Counted from the first letter of the whole stretch, positions 12,520 to 26,466 are shown. The stretch is 53,683 nt of DNA, filler included, from Sphacelaria rigidula (GCA_964200075.2; 4 parts of 4 records of this genome joined end to end with filler, not necessarily neighbours in it); one strand, 5' to 3'. The notes: a model not told the origin generated them from the letters alone. Program-made: numbers and translations.

Positions 12520-12835
12520 CAGGGATATACACGTTACACATGCCATAGTGTTACACGTTACGTTCACGTTACGTTTTTGCCGAAACGTAACGTGAACGTG
12601 AAAGAAAATACGTGATGAACGTAACGTGAAAGTAACGTTAAATTTTCAAATGAAACGTTAACATAACGTTGAATTTTTTTATCGTGATATGCGTAACGTA
12701 ACGTGAACGTTAAATTGCTCAAACGTTCAAAACACGTAATATGAAATGTTTCATGCAACGTGTTACGTCTATTACTTGTTACTCCTGCATTAGACGTTAC
12801 ACGTTACATGAAACGTCAAAAACACGTTACATGAA
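12520..12835. repeat. ACGTTA/TAACGT-rich subterminal-type repeat array with hairpin; probable DNA-transposon end
   Basis: Starts CAGGGATATAC and contains many ACGT-core hexamers in both orientations. Perfect 17-bp inverted repeat at 12560-12576 and 12583-12599. Confidence 0.6.
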
Positions 12836-13349
12836 GCGGTGACACTTCAAGTTTGATGAATTTTCAAATCCCAGAAGATTGTGCTCGATAAAACCCAGTG
12901 AGTTTGAATGACGACGATATAGGACATACTATTTTAGCAAGTTCGCGCGCTCCGCGCCACCTCACACATTATAAGCTATCGTGACAGCATAACATCATAA
13001 AACCATGAACATCTTCACCACACTCATGTCGAGACACCGGATGTAACGTACACGTGCACGTGGCGTTCACGTGCACCAGCACATGACATGGATCCAGGGG
13101 GGGAACGGCAGGTCTACAACGAGGGGGTGCCGCAGTAGCCTCCAGCCAATCTCGGCCGTTGCCTGCAGCTGCAGCATCTGATGCGGGAGTTGCCTGCCCT
13201 GTGGCCGATGACGTGCAGTGTGCACTTAACATGTATTTAGTGGGCGGGGATGAAGAAGAGGTATATAGGCAGTTGATCTCGGTAGCTGAGAATTGCACAG
13301 AACATGCAAGGGAGGAAGCAACGGCAGCTGCTGCGGCAGCCGGAGAGGC

Positions 13350-13449
13350 NNNNNNNNNNNNNNNNNNNNNNNNNNNNNNNNNNNNNNNNNNNNTTAATTA
13401 ATTAANNNNNNNNNNNNNNNNNNNNNNNNNNNNNNNNNNNNNNNNNNNN
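13350..13449. other. Artificial contig linker
   Basis: 100 nt of N with a central TTAATTAATTAA, which gives stops in all six frames. Confidence 0.98.
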
Positions 13450-13933
13450 TTTTTTCTTCTTTTTTAGTCCCCTTTTCCACTCCGTTTCTCTCTTCCACCT
13501 CCTTTTTCCCTTGTATTTTCTTGAAGAACCCCCCCCCCCCCCCCCCCCCCCCCCGTATCGTAGGATGACTCTTACACCCTTTTTGATCCGAATGTTAATC
13601 AAGTAGGTGCCGTAGTATCTGCTACCTTTTGGTTGGCGTCAAGAGGAGGGCCAAAAGTGTCACTTGAAGATTATTCCGAGCTGCTTATTTTGCGCCCCTT
13701 ACTCCCGTACGTGGCAGGTACAGAGTTCCACGTCGAAACACCCCTCACTAGAGATTCCATTTCCTTAAGGTTTCGACCCCAGAGTCGCTCCCCCCCCCCT
13801 ACGTAGTCTGAAACCAATACGTGCCTCGGGGTTGAAGTGATTTCCGCCACTGTGATGACGTTTCACAACCCCGAATGTTCAGTAAACAACTCGAACTGGC
13901 GCCCTTTATCTTTGTCATGGTCGCAATCGACAG

Positions 13934-16900
13934 CGCCGCAACCAAGTCGATAATGTCCGCCTGACGGCGGAGGTCGAGGAGGCTTTCAGGACCCTCACGA
14001 GCGTAGCCGAGCTTCGTCGACAAGGCGTCATGAGTGCGCGCCGTGACCGTGCGCGTGAGAGCAACGCCCGAGCCGACGAGGCGTACGGCCGAGCGAGCAA
14101 GCGGCGGCGCATGCAGAAGAAGAACAGAGTGGCTGAGCTCACGGCTCGAGCCCGTGAGGCGCAAGCAGCGGCCGTCAGGCTGCAAGAATCGACCGCGGCC
14201 GCTGGGGAAGAGAAGGCGCACGCGCGAGGAAGGTCGAGGAGTAGAGGGAAGTCGATCGACCGCGGCCACTCCGTGAAAAGCCGCGGGCGTGTCGCGGCTT
14301 CGAGGGTCCGCTCGCATGATGATACGGGTTTCTCACCTGAGGATCAGCGGTCGTCGGAGGGGCGAGCGGGAGAGGTCTCACGGGATGACGGGCGTAACGG
14401 GTGGAGAGATTCGTGCGAGGGGAACCAGCCTCCAACCCAGATAGAGGTGTCGCCTTCGGTCGAGGTTGCACAGCAGGGACGTGAGCAAGGACGGGCACGT
14501 GGCGATCGTGATGCTCACGAGCGATGGGAGGGCAGACGGGCGAGAGAGGTGGAGCCAGCCGGGCGGGAAACTCAGTGTGAGGAGACGAGCAATCCCCTCA
14601 GTGGCAGTTTGGGCGAGGGAAAGGAAGAAGCAGATGGTGAGAAAGAGGGCGGTTCCGAAGGTGAGGCGGAAGGCGGCAATAGACGGATATACGGCCCCGG
14701 TGGTCGACGGTCGAGCAGCGGGCGCATGAGAGGGCGGCGGGACAAGTTTTGGATCCCATCCGGCGAGAGTGAAGACGTGGCCATGAGACTTCGATTACAA
14801 CATCTCGATGAATTGACCGCCAGGTTGGAGGAAACAGAGGCTGGATTAGGCGAGAAGCTGGACAGGATGAGCAGAGGTGATCATTATCCTCGGTCATCTG
14901 TGGGCGAGAGTTTATCCAATGGTCATGATCTAGGTCAAGCTAGCTACTCAGGTAGATCGAAACATCGTGGTGGAACTTCTCTGGGCAGAGGTGGTGAAAC
15001 AAATGTCGTCTCGCGTGGCGTGGGTAGGCTGGCAGCGCCCACGATCAGCAGCAAACTTAAGGTCAGACCGGTGCCAGTAGATACACACGGCGGCGGCGGC
15101 AGCGGCGGCAGCGGCGGAGGTCGCGCATCCGGCCGGAAGAAAGAGCGGGTGGCGCGGGTGGCGCGAGAGAAGATAGCCCGCACTGAACCAACACCGGCTG
15201 CGACACCCGATGTCGATAAGCAATCTAAGTGGAGCAGAGCAGAGGCTAAGTCGACTTCAGCAGGTCTGCACCACGGATCAAAGTGCAGTGATGGCGGCGT
15301 CGGCGACCAGGAGGTTGGGAGCAGGCAGTTGGATGAAAGGGAGTTCGAGGAGGAGAGGAAGGATGGCCCGGACGACAACAATGGTGGGTATAAAGGGGCG
15401 AGGAGAGGGCAGGAAGAGGCCGGGAGCGTCGTCAGCGGAGGCGGGGCTGGCATTCGTTCAAAATCCGAGAGGTATCGAGGGTGCTTCGCTGTCCGTTGAC
15501 AGCCCTGGTGTTGTATCGAAATGTCAGGAAGTCATAGTCTAGACTCAGGATGTAAGAGCAACTCTAGAAATACCAGGGGGTGGGAGTAGTGCTGGGAAGC
15601 GATGGCAAAACGTTATACAGCGGGCATTCAAAGGAAAACACCGCGTGATCCGGGGATTAGTATTTCGCGAGGCTGTTACTCCGTCCATTAACTGAGTGGT
15701 GGGTTTGTTTCATACAGCAGCTGAAGCTTCTCCAGCAAGTTGTGACCTTTCGAATTCGTCACTGGACAGGTGCGGAAGTAGGAAGCATGCTTCTCATCAG
15801 TACTAGCATACGAAGTTATTAGATAAGCAAAATGTAACGTCAGTAGACCCCCCGTCAAAAGTTGTCGTGGTAGCATGGAATGACGTGGATTTTCCCGGTG
15901 TGTTGATTGGCTTGAGCCAGCCACCTGTATCCTCTTGTTCTCATCGTTATGTATATGCCCTGCTAGTGTCTGTACGGTATACAGTACAAGACTGTACTAT
16001 ACTGTAAGGAAATTGTACAATGTGCGGCACGTTGCCACTGCGTGTCTTGAATTGCACTGCAGAAGCGGCGACCGCATCCACTCGGGATTTCGATGGTTTA
16101 ACACTTAGCAACCCAAGCCCATGTTTCATAGCTTATACACATGGACATTGCTGCCAGTCCTCTTGGGATCTGTTTTTTCTCCAGGTAAGGGTCGTACAGC
16201 CGGTATAGCTTGCCTTGGGTGATGTGCTAAAATAAGCCACCCCCCTGGTGAAATTTACTATATCAGCGATTGATGAAATGAGCTACAAAAAATGGCAGGT
16301 AGATCATGTGTCAGAAAAACACCTCTGGTCGTCGTGGGGTTATAACGTGAGCGTGCGCAGGGCTGTTTTGGCCTCGGCCGTGTGACGGAGAACTGAGAAT
16401 TTCACAACACTACCCACCCTGGTCCTTGAGTACATTTTTCGTTGGGAGTACTACTGACAAACTCAAACGTGCCCCCGGCTCACAGCTCACAGCGCGCCGA
16501 CCCCGCAGGATGTAGGCCATATTAGCAGCAGCCAAGCCAACGTCAGTGGTATCTTGCGTCGCTAGGCGTACCTAAAACGTTTCCATGGTTGTTAGTTTCA
16601 TGTTGCCTAGGTTTTGCTACCTTTGCTCGCGTTTTATCAAGCAACAAAATGCCGATCGAATCCTTCCCCACCTCAACGTTGATCCTTTGTCTAGCGGTTT
16701 GTGTGTGTGTGTTTTTTTATGTAGGTAAACACAAGTCGCCTGCGTTGAAAAGCATGCGGAAACATATTTCGTGTTCGCGTATCAGGACGTGTACGTCTTT
16801 TTTTTTCATTGTCGGCCGCATGCTCACAGAAGCAACGCCGTCAAGAACAACATGCGCTCCCCGAAACTGTCTGTTGAGCTACGGGCTGTACCATAACCGT

Positions 16901-18758
16901 GTGGACGAACTAGTGCACCCTTTCGGCATGTTACAATTTGGTAAGGTCCCTCTGCTGGTGTGTTCCACGGGGGATATTCCACAAACAGATTTCTCTCTTA
17001 GCAGTGTTTCTCTAATTCTCTCCTGACCCTGAACTTTACTCTGCTGGCAGGCGTGTCGACCATCGCGCCAACGCCAGGCCGCGCGCTTCGGGGACAACAC
17101 GCGGTGAGCAGGGTGAGGGGGCCAGCGCTCACGGCAGGCAAGTCATGCGCAGTGGTGCGGACAACCGAGACCGCACAAAGGACAGCGCCAGGGAAGACAA
17201 TGATAACGACGCGAAAAACGAAGACACGAGCGAGGCGTACTACGATAGCGGAGACCACGCGGAAGCATTGGAGTCCGTTTCTAAGGAGGCCGTTCGCATG
17301 CGCGAGATAAAAGACGACCTTACCAATGTCCTGAGACGACTTCAGGAGGGGGATAGACGCTCGGCGACTGCCAACCCTCCCCCGGAGCGGCATTTGTTCG
17401 GTGGTAATGGCCAGGAGTTTCGGACCGGGAGCAATGAGACAGCAGCCACGGAGAGGGCGATCTACGGCGAGAATTTTGTGTCTCTGGACGAGGAAAAGGT
17501 GGATCATTTCTCCGCTCTTGAGGTAAAGAGCTGATTACGCTCGTGTTCTTGGTTGTTTTAGTATTACAGGGTGATATCCTCTGCTGGAGCCGCACGAGTT
17601 GGATTTTGTCGAGTGACGGGACGGACAACATACAGGTGAGGAATCCCCCTCCACCCCCCTCGGGCTGTCATGTTCTTAAGAAAATGGCATGCAAGATCCA
17701 TGTGTACACCCCCCGCCCCAGGCTCTCCCCCCTTCCTTTAGTTCGCAACACCGCTTCCCCGCGCGCTGCCTTCCGTCGCTTCACCCTACTGCCCCCAGCA
17801 GGCCACAGCTGCTGAACCGAGGCAGCCGCCTACTTCAGCGGTCTCTCTGCAAGCATCGGCGCTGGCAGACCTTGAAGCCCGCATCGCTTCCCTGGGAGGA
17901 CTATTGGATGGCTACTCTTCGGGGGATTCCTCCTTCCCGACACCCTCTCAACTACAGCAACAATCCCCCGCATCTCCCCGCTCTCCTTCCATTTCCCCAA
18001 TGCCGTCTCCACGCGAGAGTTGCGACCGGCAATCCACCACTCACCAGACTCAAAAACCGTTCGGAGCAAGATCAGCAATCGATGATGAAGGCAATGCAGA
18101 AGCGGGGTACGATTTTTCCCGTGACGGTCACGGCGATCCGTTTGATCACCTCCAGCGTTCTTCGCACAGCCGCCCCTCGTCGGCGTCATCGTCGGCCGCC
18201 GCCACTGCCGCCGCCGCCGCCGCAGGTGCGTTGCGTTCGACCTCAGCATTCGCGCCGGGGGCATCGCCTCGAAGCGGCGGCCGCAGGGGCGACAACCGAA
18301 ACAGCAGTATATCGGCATCATCTCCGGCGGCATCGATTGCCGACCTCGCGCGAGAAGTCGAGACACTGCTCAGATCTACTGGTATGAAGGAGGAGAATAA
18401 CAATGTCCATGTCCGGGCAGATCATGTAGACGGGGTTGGTGGGTATCATGGCGGATTTGACCACGAAACTAATACCAGGAGCGCAGCCGCCAGCAACGTA
18501 GCCTCTGGTGGCATATCCACGGGTGTAGAGATTGGTGTCCGCGGATTCGGTAGCCCGGCGGCGGCAGTCGATGAAGATGGATCAGTGGGGTCGGGTTGGC
18601 AAGCGCTAGAAGGGATGGCGGAGAGGCTCGGCAATCTTGTCGGGGAGGGCGACGCGGCGTCTGAGTACACTAGCGTGGTGGCATCGGTTTCCAGCCCTGG
18701 GAATACTGATACTGGTGATGGGTTTCATGGGCTTGCGGGCAGCCGTATTGCTATTTGA
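13934..18758 (+). CDS. Hypothetical low-complexity G/R/E/S-rich protein with short coiled coils, probably 5'-partial
   Basis: Phase-compatible exons 13934-15471, 17051-17522 and 17802-18758 (TGA); an extra small exon 17570-17635 is possible. Long GC-rich open frames with no recognisable domain. Confidence 0.65.
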
Positions 18759-19108
18759 TCGCGATGTGCTTGATTGTACGATACTTGTTGCGCGGACTTG
18801 TTTAGACAGGATAGGCTACTGCCGTAGTTTACGCGCTTGATCATCAGGGGTGTATGGTTGTAAGGGAACCAGTGTAGTGTGATTGGAAGGGGTGTAAGTA
18901 GTGGCTTGGTCACGGTGCGGGATGAAACCGTTGCCGCAAGTGAGGTGGTGTAGCAGAGGTACGTCTTGAATGAACTGTGTAAAGAATCATGAGTTCGTGA
19001 AACCCTTGTGTCGTTTTCTTGTGCCACCGAAGTTCGTCGCATTTTCACGTCCTGATAATATACTCGTGCCGTGTATGATACTTGAGTAAAAACAACTTCG
19101 TACCCGGT

Positions 19109-22100
19109 TTATGTCCATCTGATTGACTCTGGAAGATGAACGGTAGCCCCGATGATATTTTGGCCAAAGGCTGAATCGAGGATGCCAACGTCGTGATAGT
19201 TGATTCCATCCAACGTGTGATCAAGTTTACCTGCGTATGTTTTGCTACGGTAAAGCTGCAGGAGACGCTTGGTTTTCGCGCTTACCGCCTTGTTACCCTT
19301 CGTGTGTGCAATACATGTAGAGAAAAGTGGCACCCTGTTTCGAGTCAGGGTAGCCACCGAGAGAATGTGCTACCGTAAAGTGAAGCTGACCCGACTTGGT
19401 TCGAGTTGGTTCTTCATGCTCGTAGCTCGTTGTCAACAAACCTTGGCGTGTTTTTGGGGACTCCTAGATTTACTGCTCCTAGTCGAATTGCTGCCTGGGC
19501 TACAGGGGCGAAGGGAAACACTATTATACGTGAAAAAACATTCTTGACTGGGTACTTTCTCCGTGCCTGTCATTTTCGCTGTATTCGGTCTTCGGGGCTA
19601 TTGCGCCGCGGGAGAGTGGTCCTGCGATTGGAAGGGTGGGGCTGTTAAATCCACTTTTTGTAGGAAGGAGTCAGTCACCTTAAATTTCCCCGGGGAAACA
19701 TCAATTTTCGTTCGAATGCTGTTATGAACATGGCACACGCTTTCACACCGCACCACACCGTTTTGAACCTCACTATCAAACCTCCCCCTCCCTATCGTAT
19801 ATGGGCTCTCCTGAGGTGATCTGGGTACGCCGTGCCCTCTCGATCTTCTTGAAATTGCCTTACAACTAGAGGCACCTGTATAGCAAAACTCTCTTTGAAA
19901 CTAGCTCAGTAGTACCCCTTTACAGAACATCTGTAGAAATTGAGTGAAGACTCGGATAGCCTGTGTACAGCCTCACTGTAGCTGGCGTAGGTGAAGTAGA
20001 CTTGAACTTCTGAATTCGCTTCGAATGCATCGTAGCTCTTCTGGGAATTTGAAAGAAACGCTCCTCTGAAGTATACAAATATTGTGAAGCTCATTATACT
20101 CCACACTCACTCGAGTCGTTCTTATACTGCAGTATTTGTATACCAGCATGTTTTCTCAAGAAGTACTACTTGTGACCATGAAGCCTACTTCTCAGCCTGC
20201 AAAATTGAGCCTTCGTTTTTACAAGCGAATCGCATGCAACTTCAATTGTACCACTTGACACACGACGCGCACGAACGGACCCAAAAGGGTTGTTTTATTT
20301 TTTTCGTTCAAGCACCCATGGGCACCATTTGATCATGTCAAAACTTTATTTTCCCCAAACTTTTGAAAATATCCCCTCGCTGCAACTCGGTGTCGATATG
20401 CTCCACAGCTTTTGTGTTGTTCGGAAATGAGCCACCTCACGTCGTGGAACTTGATGTCTGGGTGTTTGGCACGGAATAAAATCGACACAGCCTTACTCAT
20501 CTTGATTATGCCTATACTGTCCTCGTAAATAATGGTGTACTGATGGTAAGATCCGATGGTCCTGAGAAGATATCGCAAATGAATATAGATTATCATGTGG
20601 CTAGCTTGTTTAGACAGGGCCGCGTATTCCGCCTCCGTTGTTGAAGTGAAGACTATAACCATGCAGTTTCGAAGTCCAGTCGATGGCCACTATCCTTGGT
20701 CTCTAATAAAGTGTGAATCTACGTATCCCTTGAGCTCTTCTCCGACTTCAAGCTGTACCTTACTTATCACGAGATCACTTCTCCCCTTCAAGCACCTCAT
20801 GGCTCGCTTTAGTTATACTTAGGTACCCTGTCCTGGCTTGGACATGCTCTTCGTCAGTATCATGACCGCATGAGACAATTCAGGTGTTTTACATAATATG
20901 CTTGAGTAAAGCCAAGCTCCGGTGGCTGAACGGAAGTACGTCGTATCATCTGGCACTATAACATCCTCCCCGAGAGTATCTTTATCCTCTCTTCAGCTTT
21001 TCCCGGCGCCTTGTGTGGCCGTGCATCACCCATGCTGTGTGCTTTTGAGAATCGATTTCCCGTACACCTCTTGCATTAGTGTGACAGATCCGGCGTCGTC
21101 GTCTCGAATGATTTGAATGCCAAGTAAAATTTTAGCGTCACCGAGGTCCACGGCCTGAAATCTCTTCTTGGGCGTGTAGATGATCGCCTCAATTTTCATC
21201 TTGTCGTTGCCAGTCAAAAGGATTCCGTCTCCGCGAACTAGAGGAGTGACGCTCGTATTGCCCATCCATGCTGTAAACAAAATGGCCAGTAGTGCTGGAA
21301 ATAACTCGAGAGAACTTATGAATATTCGTGCCACCCACGAGGGGGGGTGCGTAGGCCGTAGAGTCAAGGTATGCGTACCACACTTCGTCCCTCGCCGCTT
21401 CAGAGCACTGTAACCCTTTAGGGGGCATGACGCGCCCGGGCGGATCATCCTTGCCCATGCGTGTCTGAGGGAAAGTGGGCTTGATGTCCAACATTCGCCA
21501 TCTGAATCCGTTGCGTACGGCATTCGCGATAGCCGCACGAACAGGCTCTAGAGAAGCGGGTAGTGCTGCCCGGTAGGCTTTGGTGCCCAACTGGTTGAAC
21601 CCTTGAACCACACTTATTATAGTCTTGAACCTGGCTGGTTGATAATCCTTGCTAAATTTTGTTGTGAGCAAAACCTTCGACGGCATCACCTGACATTCGT
21701 CGGGCACCTCAAACCAGTCAAACATGTCGTGATCGTAAATGGATCTTGTCCCCTCCTCAACGCTCGCACATCAGCTACCGGCATTAGGTACGCTCATCGC
21801 TTCTTGATAAGTACAAGGTTCATCCTGTTTACGATTCGGAAGCCAAATGCGTATGATCGAAGACTTTGTCTTGTAATCTACGTCAAGTGATCGCTCAATG
21901 TTACTCACTTGGTGGTAGTCCGCGTCGATGCGCACTTTCCCTGATTGAAGGCGCTGCCGTGGCTTCCGTCGCTGGCTGAGAGATCGGCGCCGTGCCATCT
22001 GGCACGAGTCCGTCCAGGGTATCTTCTGATTCGTGGACTTTGCATAATCGAAGACTTCGTCTTATAATCGACTTCCACTGGCCGCTCAATGTTACCCACT

Positions 22101-25100
22101 AGGTGGTAGTATGCGTTGACCTACGTTCTTCCTGATTGAAGACGCTGCCGTGGCTGCCGGCGCTACCTGAGATCGGCACCGTGTCGTCTGACACGAGTCC
22201 GCCCAGGGTATCCTCTGGTTCGTGGTCTTCGGGGAAAAAATCTGACCGATGTCCAGGTGTCAGGATAACTCGAGTTTCCTTCTCACGAAAGAGACTGCCG
22301 CATTGTTGGAGATATTTCGAGGTTCTCGCGGTCCGGAGTCGACATGTCATGCTTTGGTGTTGTACCCCACGAGATACATTTTGACGGCGCGGGCGTGAGC
22401 TTTCCATTCCATTGGTGTTCCTCAGTAAGTTTAAAGGTGGTGCAATCCCACTCGTGCAAATGTTTCAGATAACCAAAAGGTTTGTTTTGCCACACGCCCA
22501 ACAGTGGAGTTTTGCTGTCCAAGATGTCCGCCGGTGTGCAATTTAGCAAATACATCGCCATCTTCAGAGCCTTATTAGCCCAAACCCGAGCAGGAAAAGA
22601 GGGGCGCTGTGCATAAAGCTCTGTGCGATAGCGATGATGAGGCCAAATTCTCCCTCAGCTATTTCGTTTCCTTGAGGATTGTACTGTGCATTCCTCGTAG
22701 TTTTGATCCCTAGACCTGTCACCAATTGCTCAAAGCAACCTTCGAACTCTCCGCCTCCATGACATATGATTGTGCCGCAGGATAGACCCTCCGGGTCAGC
22801 TACTCCCAGGATGACGAGCAGGAATCCTTCTGCCCCGTTGTTGTTGGACGTGTTCGGAAGCGCCCACCTCATGCGCGAGCCGTCATCGGTGAACATGGCG
22901 GGAAGTTGACATCCCCGGTATGATTGCACACGATGCTTCCCCCGTACCTCAGCGTGAATCAGCTCCAGGCATTTCTGTTTACGTGGTCGATCGGAAGACG
23001 GGTGAAATGTTTTCTTGATCTTCCTCAGTCAACAAGTATCGCACTCCTCCGACTTCATGTTTCGTGCAAACATGATTCCAGTAGATCTATTGTGGGCGAG
23101 TTGTTTCTGTGCGCGGGAGTTACAATGTCTTATTCGGTGATGACAACGATCAGCTGTGCCAACGGTGCGATGGAGCCGCTGCGGCTGCTCAGTTAGTACA
23201 AGGGGAAGAATGAACATCCTTGGATTTACGGTCGACATTGGGAAGGCTAGGTTGCCGCTACGAATTGCCGGCGGCTTGGAGATGAGATCTACCATCACCC
23301 CCCTCTGGTGTAACACTGCCACGGAAAGCATACTTTCATTTAGCTCCGGCACGATATAGTACTTCCCCACTGACAAGAACTTGTTAATCTTCTTCACTCA
23401 AAAGTCGAAAGGTCAGCGCAACTTTGGGTTCGGCAAGTGAGATTCCGCACAATCCATCTTTGCGGGCCCGGCAGCCGATTCTATTGTCCACATCGTTTTC
23501 CAGACTGGACTTTGTCGAGACGACGTGAGCCGTCGCAGCACAGTCGATGGAGACAGTGCCTGCCCCCACCGAGTCCGGCTCTTCCTCTGTCATGGCGAGA
23601 AGCGCTGAGCAAAATCCTGTACTGCTGGAGAGATCTTGTTCTTGCTGAAGCAAGGTCGCGGGCTCATCAACCGTGGTAACAATCGTTGCTGCAGCGGTGT
23701 TCGTGTCCGAGTGTTCAACGCTCGGCTCAGTTGGCCACCATCATAGTCGCCTGTGAAAATATTGAAGTCCATGACACTAGACTTTTCCTATTCACACACA
23801 ACTCGTGAACACCAAGCGTTAGAGGTTGTCTCCGATGCGGAGGAAGTCAACGTGACGTTGGCTTCTTGCGTCGGCAGAGTGTCGTCGTCCGCATGACTGC
23901 GCTCCCGAAGCAGTGTGTATCGTTTCCAGTTGCGCTCAGTTGACAGGCGACAGAATCGACAGCGTCAGTGGCGATCTACGCCGCGCCGAGAGTCCTGAAG
24001 CTCTGCCTGGCTGGAAGCAGAAGAGTTTGCCAGCTTGCCCGCTTGTCACGCTGCTCGGCGCTTCAGAAGGGTTCCAGCTTCTCCTCGAATCGACGTTTCT
24101 ACCTCGTCCGCAGCCGCGTGTACGACTGTTGCTACGGTGTCCACGACGACCGCCCTGATTTGTGACGGTGTTGAGTGCGGGTTCATTGTTGGAGCCTCAA
24201 CTCGACGATTGCCTGCCTGTACCTTTCTCCGGAGTTGAGCAGCACGAAATGCCCAAGCTTGCGATATAACATCGTCGAAACTAACAGCGCGGTATTGTTG
24301 CTGATCACATGAGATCGCAGCTTTTAGCGCTCGCAATGGGAGTCACGCAACGCTTTAAACAACGCGTGTTTCTGACGAGCGCCAATTACGTGCTTCAGCG
24401 TTCAGAGAGTTCAAGAAAGAGGCGGCGTGACTTTTGAATTACATAAGAAGGATCGTCTCTGTCGTGTGCGGTCAACCTGGTGGCGGGGACTTCGCCATAC
24501 AGTCCCTGCATGCGCGCTTCACTTACAAGTCGGCACTTGGTGAAAAGTGGAAGATACGCGCAACGTCCAACACCGCACTCAGCCTCTCTAATCGGTCCGT
24601 GCGCTTTCATCACTTGAGCTTCAACGCCGTTGTACGCCTAGAGTTTGATCATCACCATGGGATGGTATCGAGATAGGTGAAAGGCAAAAGGGATGCATAC
24701 CATGTACATGTACACTCGATACATGAAGTTTGCACTTGAAACCTGCATGTGCAGGTTGAACGTGTCCTGCCCGTGTTTTTCACCAACGATCGGTGTCTGG
24801 ATACTGCACACTGATTCAGCACGTTAATACAAGAAAGCCACATTCCCTATGAAATAGCGGATCGATCGCTTTCGCAAACTCACCTGACTCTTCTCACACA
24901 TGTTAAGTGGTTGATGCGTTTTTGTTCCATGGGTACATAATGCAGGTTGTCAGGCGGATAATTATCTTCTCGTGGTCTCAGGGGATATCTGATTGTCCTT
25001 GCTTCATCTGCCAAGCATACAAGTCGAATGTAATTGAGAGATGGGGTATATCTATAGTATATTCAAATATAGGAATGATACATAAGTTGCCGTCTATGAA

Positions 25101-25805
25101 ACCACACAATCAGAAGTGGATGGCGAACTGAGAATATTGTACCCCCATTTGAGGGTATCTGCACACACACATATATATATATCGTTGATCGAATATAGGC
25201 TGAGTGTTCAAAGTGTTCCAAGTGGCAATGGATGTACATGTATTGCTTTTGCCCAGTGCGAGAAATGTAATTTTAGAGTCGGGGATTCGGTCAGTCATCG
25301 ACTCGGGTGCTCCTGTTGAAGTTTGTACAGGTTTTGTTTTGGTGAGTTTTCGTGTTTGCATATACTGTAGATTGGTCTTGCCTTTGTTCGTCCTATATAG
25401 AAGGGGTTCCGACTGCGACCCTCGCTGTTGATGGCCTGTCGAGGTGTACAAGAGGTTGAGATATTCAGCGCGGGTGGTGCATGGAATTCCTGGCAGCAGC
25501 ACCGACAGTTAATCTTCGTGTCCTATGCATCATGTCGATGTTGGTGGGATACAACATTTTGTTGGGTGTTTCGAACGTTGGAGCGACCTGGTGCATGCAT
25601 GTCGTTTGGATTGTCGAGCTCGAGTAAGATTGGGACGGCTTTACGGACATGGAAAACGTCCGGCACCATCGCCTCACGAAACCACTTTTTTTTTATCTCC
25701 GGCCCATTGCACGCTTTGCGAAGACTTGTGGGATACCTCGCCAGGATTGCTTCTGCTGTAGCTGCTTCCGAAGCATCCGACGGACAGTCGACATCAACAG
25801 CCATG
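19109..25805 (-). CDS. Possible multi-exon hypothetical gene spanning the copia insertion
   Basis: Candidate first exon from ATG 25805 (MAVDVDCPSDASEAATAEAIL...) to about 25589. Coding-looking segments near 24935-25008 and 19916-20065. Candidate terminal exon 19255-19109 after a CTGCAG acceptor. The full splicing path is not resolved. Confidence 0.3.
20330..24660 (-). mobile_element. Decayed Ty1/copia LTR retrotransposon internal region
   Basis: Copia domain order on the minus strand: gag-like (about 24000-24600), protease 'IDCAATAHV' (about 23540), GAG-pre-integrase 'HHRIRHCN...CDTC', integrase 'GGGEF...YNPQGNEIAE', RT 'DLGDAKILLGIQIIRD', RNase H 'STTEAEYAAL...KHPDIKFH'. Many stops and frameshifts. 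LTRs not found. Confidence 0.9.
21850..22229. repeat. About 190-bp tandem duplication in the copia integrase-RT linker
   Basis: Two diverged units share ATCGAAGACTT, CGCTCAATGTTAC, GGTGGTAGT, CCTGATTGAAG, GAGATCGGC, CACGAGTCCG and CCAGGGTATC. Confidence 0.85.
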
Positions 25806-26205
25806 TAGAGGCGTGATGTGAAACACCCACGAATGTAGCCACACCAGTACCAGCTGGAAGCCAAATACTCGAGACTCCGAGTGAACTTTCCCTCACGGCT
25901 TTCTCTACTTTTGGTATGCACAATCGCGACTAAGGAACATGCCCATGATGATGCATGTTGTGCCTAGAATTGGACCGGAGATCTCCAGAAATCACCACCT
26001 AACCTAACAAGAATGCGCCGCATGTGAGGATAACGATACCGCAACTATCTATACCGGGAACTCGTCAACTGGAAGACAAAAAGAAATGGGGGGAACGAAC
26101 AAGGGAAAACCAAACCCCGGATCCAACCTCATACGCCATGGTTGAGCCCTGTGCTCGCCTCGTGTCTTCTTGCTTTTCCTTTACCGCTACCAACTAGCCT
26201 ACTTA

Positions 26206-26466
26206 TCAGTAGTCGCCCAGAAGAATTGGCTGCCACAGCACCCGGCCTCTTGGAGTTTCCATGATCACCGCCTGGTCCTCGGTCACCTTTAGCTCGGCGT
26301 TGCGGATGTCGCGACCGGTCTGAGAAAACCACGAGAACCGTGCCTTCCACTGTTCTTTAGGCTTCGGAGACCGGTACAGAACCTTGTCTGGGTTCTTGCC
26401 CCAGAAGAAGAATCCCCTCGCTTTGGTTTTCCGCTTGACGGAAAGCTGACCCAACTGTACGGTGGC
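26206..26466 (-). CDS. Terminal exon of a 5'-truncated hypothetical gene
   Basis: CAG acceptor followed by an open frame 'ATVQLGQLSVKRK...AELKVTEDQAVIMETPRGRVLWQPILLGDY*'. A possible micro-exon lies at 26608-26632. Confidence 0.45.
   Translation of the reverse strand, partial: ATVQLGQLSVKRKTKARGFFFWGKNPDKVLYRSPKPKEQWKARFSWFSQTGRDIRNAELKVTEDQAVIMETPRGRVLWQPILLGDY

Noticed and set aside
13350-13449. TTAATTAATTAA as a biological palindrome or insertion site
   Set aside because: It is embedded in Ns and identical at all three joins, so it is an assembly linker.
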